Part shown: one piece after another, positions 1 through 6,218 of the stretch
How the letters are laid out: each line of letters starts with the position of its first letter
How positions within the stretch are numbered: the stretch's first letter is position 1
From: Cyanobium sp.
GTDB lineage: Bacteria; Cyanobacteriota; Cyanobacteriia; PCC-6307; Cyanobiaceae
Assembly: GCA_044369475.1 (NCBI GenBank)
Contig: JBIPLV010000020.1
Location: 1-23,409 of the forward strand
DNA: 23,409 nt
Direction of reading: 5' to 3'
Notes under the pieces: generated by a model
What the model was told of the DNA's origin: nothing
Seen by the model: only the letters and a program-made list of their open reading frames with translations
The model's database searches: none
Made by a program: the position numbers and the translations under genes

Positions 1-2850
1 ACGATCACGACGCTCCCGGATGGTGCGTTTGGAGAGATCGGATTGCTGGATGCCAATGCCAACAATGCTTTTGTGCCGGTGACGGCAGGACAGCAGCTGA
101 GCCTGGTGCAGATGCAGGGGCTGCAGTTCCGGGCGGCTGCGGATGCCTATGGCCCTGGCACCTTCACCTATGCGGTGAGCGATGGGGCAGCCGCTCAGGG
201 CGGCCTGACGACCACGGAGACCTTCACCATCAATGTGCTGGCGGTGAACGACGCCCCGGTGCGCACCTCGCCGGAGCTCGCGCCGCGTGTGATCAGCAAC
301 GCCGAGTTGGTTGTCGACCGCGCCACCAACCTGTATCAGACGGTGAGCGTTGGTCTGACCAACCTGCTGTTCAGTGCCGGTGGCGACGCCCTCGAGCAGG
401 CGAGCCAGCAGCTCCTTTACCGCATCTCCCGGCTTCCGAATGCCGCCATCGGCCAGATGTTGCTGGCCGATGGCACCGTGGTGCTCAATGGCAACACCTA
501 CACCCTGCCCCAGCTGCGTGATCTGATCTTCAGGCCAGCCCGCGGCGTCGAGACGCTCACGGCTGCCGAACGGCTCGGTGAACTGCGCCTGGAGATGACC
601 GATACCCCGTCGCCGGGAAGTGATCCGGCTCGCACCACGGAGCTCAAGGTGCCGATCCTGATCGACACCAACAAGGCTTCAGGCCGTGCCGGCGTGCGCA
701 TTGCCGGGCTCACCAGCGATGAGCAAGCGATTCAGGCGGTGCTGCGTCTGGATCCCACTAACCCAGACACCGGATTCCAGGATCCTGCCGTTGGCAACGG
801 CAACGGCAACGCCCCCTCAGCTGGCCAGGCCAAGGGGCTCAACACCTCTCTCTACAGCCAGCTGGAAAGCAACAACCCTCTCTATCTGGCGGCCATCGGC
901 GGCAACAAGATTCTTGATGGCCAGGAGGTTAACTACGCGCCTTCAGCGGTGCCATTCCTGTTTGATCTGCCAATCACCGCCTGGACCCCCACCAGCTGGG
1001 CCAAGGGTGGCCCTGATCCCACCCACACCCTGCTGTATCGCTCAACCCTCTCAGGCCAGCTGCGCAGCAACGACGAGCTCACCTACACGGTGATTGATAC
1101 GGTGACTGACCCCGCACCGGCGGGATTCACGCTCTCCAGCAGTGGGGCCTGGAGTTTTGATCCCCTCCATACTGCCTACGCCGCCGGGCTGACCACCGAA
1201 GGGGCCACCCAACAGGTTACCGCGCGCTACATGGCCGGCACCCGCCCGGGCGAGATCACCATCGAATTGCGCCGCACCGCCACCACCGTGATCGCCGAAG
1301 TGGTGGGCAACGTCGGCGCCACGACCACCAGCCGCGGTGATTGGATCGCCGCCAACCCCGAAGGCCGCGACAAAGATCGCTACTTTAAATATGTCTCTGA
1401 ATACGTGCTCACCTCTTACGGTGCGCTCGACACCGGCGAGAGAAACGAGGCTGGCGAGAAGATCTTTGCCTGGAGTGGGCCAATCGAGACCGCTGATGGC
1501 CAGCCGATGCGCCAGCTCGATGGAACCCCGATCACCACGGCTGGGTATTACGACTTCACCCGGCGAGGCGGCGCGGGTGACGGAGTGGAGTTCATTTATG
1601 AATCCATCACCGAGAAAGGCAAGCAAGTAAATTACATTATTGGCATGCGCTTCTTCCTGCGCAACAATGTATTTGGAGATAACGATCCTTCACGCACCAA
1701 CATCCGCGATCCAGGGGCCCCGGTCACAATCCTGCGGGAGCTTGGCGTAATTACGAATATCATGCAAAACGAAATCACTCGAATTGGCGCGTCTTCGATT
1801 GGGGCGTCTTCGATTACCACCATGCCTCTAATCAATGCGCCGTTACTAAATCTGGCGACCACCAACCTCACTCAGCAAAGCATCGCTGCCACAGCCAATG
1901 CGCTCTTGGCCTTAGGTTCAGCTGGCAGCCAATCCAGCGAAGCAACACCTCAGGCCCTTGGAGCCGAGAATGGCAATGGCGCGGGAATTGGCGACAGCAG
2001 CAATGATGGTGCGAATGATGGCGCGGCGGCAGGAGGCCGAGGCCAGGGTGACGGAGGTGACTCCACAAACGACCATCTGGGCAAAGGGGCTGGTGATCGC
2101 GGCCTCAGGCTTGATCCTCAGCTGACGCTGGCCACCATCAACACAGCCCCAGACTCCCTACTAGACAGCCTGAGCGATACGAGCATCCTTGGCGCCAACC
2201 TGCTTGATGCCCTGACGCTCGGAGCGGGTCTCCTGTATCTGCTCTATGGGCCGAGGTCGATTGACCAGAGCAGGCGCGGACTTCGCGGGTGGTTGGCCGG
2301 TGCTGCTAATGCGGGCCGTCGCCCATCCGCAGCTGCAGCAGAGCAGCAGGTGCTGTCCCTGCTGCTAACCCGTCAGAACGATGGATCCCTGAGCATCGTG
2401 GCGGCTCAGATCACCATGAGCGGCGTCAAGCTGCTAGCCCAGCACGATTTGGCATCGGCAGCTGGCGATGAAGCCGCACTTCAACAGGCTCTGAGCGAGC
2501 TGATGACGAACTTGAACCAGAAAGGTGCCCACTACGATCTTCTGTTGCTCGATGGACAGCTTGATCGGGCTGTTAGCGCGGCTGAGCAAAACATTGCCGG
2601 CCTGGCGAAGCAGCGGCTTCCCTTGGCCCCAGCTGAGCTGTCCGCTGCGGTAGCTGCAGCAAGCCCGTCTGAATTTGCCGCCCTTCAGCAGTGGCTCAAC
2701 AAACCGTCTCTGATCCTGCCGCCAGAGTCGCCGGTTGCCCAATCATTGGCGCGTCGTCGTGCGGCCTATGGCCAAATCCTGGCCACTGAGCAAGCACAGA
2801 TGGCAGCGATGATCGAGCTGAGCCTGGCGCTGACCTGGTCCCAACGCTGA
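1..2850 (+). CDS. C-terminal ~950 aa of a very large repetitive secreted/cell-surface protein (cadherin-like/VCBS-type repeats); the 5' end lies outside the window
   Basis: Frame 1 is open from nt 1; the track 'M' at 43 is a TTG, so the gene continues upstream. Two copies of a giant-adhesin-type repeat are present (..LPDGAFGEIGLLD..GTFTYAVSDG..TFTINVLAVNDAPV; ..RISRLPNAAIGQMLLADGTVVL..). An 'AGFTLSSSGAWSFDP' VCBS-like segment follows, then a beta-sandwich terminal motif GDNDPSRTNIRDPGAPV (~1666..1725). After these come a Q/S/A linker, a Gly/Asp-rich stretch (~1961..2103), a hydrophobic helix LLDALTLGAGLLYLLYGP (~2185..2253) and a ~195-aa Ala/Leu/Gln-rich helical C-terminus. Stop codon at 2848..2850. 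Confidence 0.75.
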   Translation, partial: TITTLPDGAFGEIGLLDANANNAFVPVTAGQQLSLVQMQGLQFRAAADAYGPGTFTYAVSDGAAAQGGLTTTETFTINVLAVNDAPVRTSPELAPRVISNAELVVDRATNLYQTVSVGLTNLLFSAGGDALEQASQQLLYRISRLPNAAIGQMLLADGTVVLNGNTYTLPQLRDLIFRPARGVETLTAAERLGELRLEMTDTPSPGSDPARTTELKVPILIDTNKASGRAGVRIAGLTSDEQAIQAVLRLDPTNPDTGFQDPAVGNGNGNAPSAGQAKGLNTSLYSQLESNNPLYLAAIGGNKILDGQEVNYAPSAVPFLFDLPITAWTPTSWAKGGPDPTHTLLYRSTLSGQLRSNDELTYTVIDTVTDPAPAGFTLSSSGAWSFDPLHTAYAAGLTTEGATQQVTARYMAGTRPGEITIELRRTATTVIAEVVGNVGATTTSRGDWIAANPEGRDKDRYFKYVSEYVLTSYGALDTGERNEAGEKIFAWSGPIETADGQPMRQLDGTPITTAGYYDFTRRGGAGDGVEFIYESITEKGKQVNYIIGMRFFLRNNVFGDNDPSRTNIRDPGAPVTILRELGVITNIMQNEITRIGASSIGASSITTMPLINAPLLNLATTNLTQQSIAATANALLALGSAGSQSSEATPQALGAENGNGAGIGDSSNDGANDGAAAGGRGQGDGGDSTNDHLGKGAGDRGLRLDPQLTLATINTAPDSLLDSLSDTSILGANLLDALTLGAGLLYLLYGPRSIDQSRRGLRGWLAGAANAGRRPSAAAAEQQVLSLLLTRQNDGSLSIVAAQITMSGVKLLAQHDLASAAGDEAALQQALSELMTNLNQKGAHYDLLLLDGQLDRAVSAAEQNIAGLAKQRLPLAPAELSAAVAAASPSEFAALQQWLNKPSLILPPESPVAQSLARRRAAYGQILATEQAQMAAMIELSLALTWSQR
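1783..1812 (+). repeat. 15-bp in-frame tandem duplication inside the giant protein gene (IGASS IGASS)
   Basis: attggcgcgtcttcg / attggggcgtcttcg, two adjacent units with 1 mismatch, located in a locally AT-richer patch (about 1620..1900). Confidence 0.8.
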
Positions 2851-2863
2851 GCACCTACCGAGC

Positions 2864-3343
2864 TCAACGGCAGCGCTGGTCGAGAGCGACGATCACCATT
2901 GGTATCGCACGTGGGTGGGATTGCATCGAAAACGCCTCACGCTCAACTTCAAAACTGACAGTTCGGTAGTTCATGTAAAGCAGGCCGCTGATTTCACGCT
3001 CGATCTTGTGGTCAAGATCAATGCTCCAACCAATCGGCTTGAGGCGACCTTTGGGGCAGCCCTGGGCGGCATGCACCGCTTCATGAATCAAGGTGGCGCG
3101 CACAATGCCCAGTTCGATGCTGATCGGTGCAATCCAAATGCGCCGCTTCCTACTATCCGTTAATCCATAGGCACCTTGCAGCGGTGGCTTCTCAAATGTC
3201 ACTCGGTAGCGAGCTCGCTTAAGGGCAGCGAGCAGGGGTTGCAGCTCGACAGGTATCGCTGGTGCAGCAGCACGGGCAACTGGCAGCGACATTGGCAACA
3301 CCAGAAGCAACAGCAGCCGCGTCAACAGAAAAAGAGCGCTCAT
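2864..3343 (-). CDS. Small secreted HExxH protein (putative zinc metallopeptidase-like), last gene of the operon
   Basis: The ATG at 3343..3341 overlaps the upstream stop (caATGAgc). It yields a classic signal peptide, MSALFLLTRLLLLLVLPMSLPVARA/AAP. The motif LIHEAVHAAQGC is of the HExxHxxQ type and is reminiscent of DUF4157-like metallopeptidase domains. The longer ATG at 3403 would lie 64 nt inside the upstream gene and would bury the signal peptide. Confidence 0.55.
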   Translation of the reverse strand: MSALFLLTRLLLLLVLPMSLPVARAAAPAIPVELQPLLAALKRARYRVTFEKPPLQGAYGLTDSRKRRIWIAPISIELGIVRATLIHEAVHAAQGCPKGRLKPIGWSIDLDHKIEREISGLLYMNYRTVSFEVEREAFSMQSHPRAIPMVIVALDQRCR

Positions 3344-4014
3344 TGCACGGTCAGACTCCGGCCGGCAGTGCTCCAGAAGTTGACAGGTTTGTCCGCATAC
3401 CATGGCTCCCAGCCCAGGCGCACACCGTGCTGTTGAGCCTTGGCCTTGATGGTCCGATACACGCTGAAGCCGTCGCTTTCGACCACCACAAAGACGGATT
3501 GCTTGTTGCGCGCCATCGTCGCCATCGTGCGATCAAGCCAGTCGCTGCCACCCTTGAGATCCGCCGCTGCCACCGTGGGAGGGCCCACACTCTGGAGACT
3601 GCCCTGCGTGTGACTCACACGCACAAGGATCGGCCCCACCTGCTGCTGGCGCATCCAGTCATCCAACGCAGCGTTGCACTGCTGCTCAGCCACGCCCTGA
3701 AGAGTCGTACAGCGTTTGACGGCCGCTGCCCGTTCGCGGTCGATCTGCACCATCTGATTGACCGCGGGTTGCAGAGACCAAATCCCTCTGGCATTCGCCT
3801 GCAGCAAATAAAAATCCTGCTGCGACTTACGGGCCATCGGAGCCTGAATGTTGAGGCTTCCAGCCGCCGCAAAGACACTCATCAATGAGGTAATGAGGGC
3901 GAGCACACCAACCACGTTGGTCAGCGTATCGAGCAAGCCGACGTCATCGCTCATAAGCCGCTGACCCTGCTGACGGTGATGCCGTCTCAACAGGAGCAAC
4001 AAAGCATTGCTCAT
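3340..4014 (-). CDS. ExbD/TolR-like membrane protein, paralogue 2 (enlarged periplasmic domain)
   Basis: The ATG at 4014..4012 overlaps the upstream TGA (ccATGAgc). It has a single N-terminal TM with an Asp in ExbD position (VGLLDTLTNVVGVLALITSLMSVF). The C-terminus has an ExbD-like layout (SVFVVVESDGFSVYRTIKAKAQQHGVRLGWEPW). It shares the terminal signature LGWEPW / LGYEP with the neighbouring paralogue. Confidence 0.55.
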   Translation of the reverse strand: MSNALLLLLRRHHRQQGQRLMSDDVGLLDTLTNVVGVLALITSLMSVFAAAGSLNIQAPMARKSQQDFYLLQANARGIWSLQPAVNQMVQIDRERAAAVKRCTTLQGVAEQQCNAALDDWMRQQQVGPILVRVSHTQGSLQSVGPPTVAAADLKGGSDWLDRTMATMARNKQSVFVVVESDGFSVYRTIKAKAQQHGVRLGWEPWYADKPVNFWSTAGRSLTVQ

Positions 4015-4484
4015 GGCATTTCGGCGCCAGACGTCGCTGGCGGTGGCTGCACGGTCCACTGGGGATCAAGAGGCTCATACCCAAGCGTGATGCCCTTGGC
4101 TTCGGCCTGGGAACGCACCAGATGGAACTCGGGATAGGTGCTTGGCTTCACGCCGATCACCAGATACTGCGGTGTGCTGGCTTTGGCGATACGATCCAGA
4201 AAAGCGGCCCATTGCGGGCTCGCAATCGTGGTGCGCTCTTGGCGGCCATCCGCCAATAAATCCAACGTACCGTTCCCCTGCAGCAGCACATAGTTGGCCA
4301 CCTTGCCCTGGTTGTTGCCACCGCTGCCACTGGGGATAAATTGAACAGCCTGTCCACCCGGTTTGATCTGCAGAGCGATAATCCCGATCAACAGAGTCTG
4401 CACACCGATCGTTGCTGCCATGATATTCATGAACGCAAACAGATCAACGCCCACAGTCGTTCTCATGCGAAGTCGGCGTGCCAT
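4011..4484 (-). CDS. ExbD/TolR-like membrane protein, paralogue 1
   Basis: The ATG at 4484..4482 shares 1 nt with the upstream TGA (cgcTGATGgca); the track start at 4499 is a TTG. The N-terminal TM carries the conserved Asp (TVGVDLFAFMNIMAATIGV; compare E. coli ExbD TPFIDVMLVLL). The periplasmic part has the ExbD layout (YLVIGVKPSTYPEFHLVRSQAEAKGITLGYEP). Confidence 0.6.
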   Translation of the reverse strand: MARRLRMRTTVGVDLFAFMNIMAATIGVQTLLIGIIALQIKPGGQAVQFIPSGSGGNNQGKVANYVLLQGNGTLDLLADGRQERTTIASPQWAAFLDRIAKASTPQYLVIGVKPSTYPEFHLVRSQAEAKGITLGYEPLDPQWTVQPPPATSGAEMP

Positions 4485-5776
4485 CAGCGCCAGGGCCAAC
4501 GACGCTGCGGGCGGCTCAGCGGCAACTGTTCAATCCGTTGCAACTGAGCGATCAGCTGTTCGATAGAACGGCGCAACTCAATGCTGGCCTTGAGACTGGT
4601 GAGCTCCTCGCCAAGGACCCCACTGAGGGTGCTGGCACTCTTCAACTCACGCAGCAACGGCTGGAGCTGCTGCAAAGAATGGTTGAGCTCTAGGGCGGCA
4701 CCATCCATGCTGCTACGGATGATCTGGGCTTGCTCCTGCAGACTCAGGCGTGCTTCTGCAACACCCTCCACCGAGTCACGCACCAAAGCAGTGAGTGGGC
4801 TGAGCTTGGCCAGGGCAGCTTCGGTGAGCTGTTCGGCATAACGCTGAGCCGGTGATACCAACACAGAGGGATCGGGGAGGTGCTGCTCAAAAGCGTCGTT
4901 GATCAGGGCCGCGAGTTGACTGGATTGAAGATCGAGAGGTCCCGGCAGTGGAGCACCGGGAGACTCACCCATCGGGCTGAGCACCAGCACCGCATCCCGA
5001 ACGCGACCATCAATGGCATTCAGCAGCTTCTCTTCACGACGCTCGACACCGTTCATGGGTATCGCCAGCAGAACCGAGATCACCAAAGCCAGATAAGTGG
5101 TATCAAAAGCGGTACCCAGTCCGCCAGTCACCTTGGTCAGACCAGCTTTGAGGCCATCGACGTTGTCGGCATTGCCCAACACCCCTTCAAAGGAGCCAAC
5201 AGCCTGAGACATGCCGATCACGGTGCCGATGAACCCGAGGATCGGAATAGCCCACAGCAGCACCCTCACAAGGCTGTAGCTGTTCTGCAGGGCCAGTTGG
5301 TAGAGATCACTGTCTGCATCAGCTGCGCGCTCCAACTGAAACGATGACTGACTCGTTCGCCACACCGACAACAGCCGCAGCAAGCGCTTGCCCACCAACG
5401 ACGACGATTGTTCAGCTCGCTGGGCTGCGGCCTCGATATCACCAGTCCTCAGCAGCGTTGTGATGCTCTGATCGAGCTGTTGCAGTTTGCGCTGCTGTCG
5501 TGCCAGCAACTGCCACTTACTGACCAGAAAGGCGCCAATCATGCCGGCAGCAACCAAACAGACAACCTGGGTTGGGCCGCGCTGGTGCAGGAACAAGTGC
5601 AAGGGCGCACCGACAGGAGACGTGCTCGCCCAAAGCAAAAATCCGATAAGACCACCAATTGCCCCCCAGCGGCTTATGCGGGGATCCAGGTCACTGCCCG
5701 ATCCAAGGTTTGCAGACTCCCCTGGTGACGGGGTCACTGAGGTGGTGTCGGTGAAAGGTGGGAAATTAGCGATCAT
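4484..5776 (-). CDS. MotA/TolQ/ExbB-family ion-channel protein with a long (~175 aa) C-terminal helical tail
   Basis: Family signature helices are present: WAIPILGFIGTVIGMSQAV (compare ExbB APFVGLFGTVWGIMNSF) and GGLGTAFDTTYLALVISVLLAIPMNG (compare GIAEALLATAIGLVAAIPAVVIYN). Hydrophobic segments lie upstream (WGAIGGLIGFLLWA; VVCLVAAGMIGAFLV), followed by a charged loop. After the last TM come a Pro-rich linker and a Leu/Gln/Glu-rich helical tail (about 4487..5011). The first ATG is at 5776; the track start at 5797 is a TTG. Confidence 0.75.
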   Translation of the reverse strand: MIANFPPFTDTTSVTPSPGESANLGSGSDLDPRISRWGAIGGLIGFLLWASTSPVGAPLHLFLHQRGPTQVVCLVAAGMIGAFLVSKWQLLARQQRKLQQLDQSITTLLRTGDIEAAAQRAEQSSSLVGKRLLRLLSVWRTSQSSFQLERAADADSDLYQLALQNSYSLVRVLLWAIPILGFIGTVIGMSQAVGSFEGVLGNADNVDGLKAGLTKVTGGLGTAFDTTYLALVISVLLAIPMNGVERREEKLLNAIDGRVRDAVLVLSPMGESPGAPLPGPLDLQSSQLAALINDAFEQHLPDPSVLVSPAQRYAEQLTEAALAKLSPLTALVRDSVEGVAEARLSLQEQAQIIRSSMDGAALELNHSLQQLQPLLRELKSASTLSGVLGEELTSLKASIELRRSIEQLIAQLQRIEQLPLSRPQRRWPWR

Positions 5777-5811
5777 GGCGCTGAACCTGAGCAACAAGAA
5801 TCAAAAAAGGG

Positions 5812-6156
5812 TCAGCGCTCCTCGCTGCCATCCCACTCCTTCCACTCCACCTCGACATCGCCGAGTTGGCTAACAGCTGGCGGTGGAATCCGGCTGAGCA
5901 GATCGTTGGGGAGACCCAGCCTTTGAAAGACCGACTGGCGCTGCTCCACAGACATCCCAGAAAACGAACGAACCACATCACGAATTCGGTGCTCATTATA
6001 AACTAGCTTCATCAATTCGACCTGATCCTGTGCCTCAAGCTCACGAAACCATTGCATAAAGCGCTCGATCCTGCTTTGCAGATCAGTCGCGGTCATTTCC
6101 GTGGTCTTTTCCATGGTCTTTTCAGTGGTCATTTCAGTGGTCTTTTCAGTGGTCAT
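5812..6156 (-). CDS. Small acidic soluble protein of unknown function with an N-terminal TTEK/TTEM tandem repeat
   Basis: This 114-aa ORF sits between hlyD and the ExbB-like gene on the same strand. It has no TM or signal peptide. The N-terminus MTTEKTTEMTTEKTMEKTTEMT is encoded by a 12-bp tandem array. The remainder looks helical (FMQWFRELEAQDQVELMKLVY..) and the C-terminus is acidic. No family was recognised. Confidence 0.5.
   Translation of the reverse strand: MTTEKTTEMTTEKTMEKTTEMTATDLQSRIERFMQWFRELEAQDQVELMKLVYNEHRIRDVVRSFSGMSVEQRQSVFQRLGLPNDLLSRIPPPAVSQLGDVEVEWKEWDGSEER
6091..6156 (-). repeat. 12-bp tandem repeat, 5.5 units, at the 5' end of the small ORF
   Basis: Plus-strand units GGTC(A/T)TTTC(C/A)(G/A)T at 6091, 6103, 6115, 6127 and 6139, plus a half unit at 6151..6156. 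The array is in frame and generates several in-frame ATG codons. Confidence 0.9.
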
Positions 6157-6218
6157 TGGCGGTATTCCTGATGAGAAGATGAGGGAGAGCTAGGAAGCAT
6201 TTGGCACACGAGTGAGTT

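Noticed and set aside
1957-2103. RTX calcium-binding nonapeptide repeats in the Gly/Asp-rich stretch of the giant protein
   Set aside because: The sequences (e.g. GGRGQGDGG, GNGAGIGDS) do not fit GGxGxDxUx spacing and are not tandemly periodic.
2845-2869. Bidirectional terminator hairpin between the convergent giant gene and the HExxH gene (CGCTGAGC-9 nt-GCTCAACG)
   Set aside because: The 8-bp stem has an internal mismatch and a 9-nt loop, has no flanking U/A tracts, and overlaps both stop codons. This is too weak to call.
2864-3403. Longer 179-aa version of the HExxH protein starting at ATG 3403
   Set aside because: It would overlap the upstream gene by 64 nt and place 20 non-hydrophobic residues in front of an otherwise perfect signal peptide. 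The ATGA-coupled start at 3343 is more parsimonious.
3340-5776. Zorya-type anti-phage system (ZorA-like long-tailed MotA homologue)
   Set aside because: The partner proteins are ExbD/TolR-like, not MotB/OmpA-like with a peptidoglycan-binding domain. No ZorC/ZorD/ZorE-type (helicase/nuclease/HNH) genes are present. The genes are embedded in a T1SS operon instead. Only the long-tail analogy is retained.
3340-5776. Ordinary TonB-ExbB-ExbD uptake motor
   Set aside because: This is not fully excluded. However, no TonB-like (Pro-rich, C-terminal TonB domain) gene or TonB-dependent receptor lies in the window. The ExbB-like protein has an atypical long tail, and the genes are translationally chained behind T1SS genes. 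It is kept as the main alternative hypothesis in the findings.
5812-6156. The small ORF as a double-glycine-leader bacteriocin/peptide cargo of the C39-domain ABC transporter
   Set aside because: No GG/GA leader-type motif is present. At 114 aa with an acidic helical body it is unlike such peptides. The transporter's C39-like domain also appears to lack the catalytic Cys/His.
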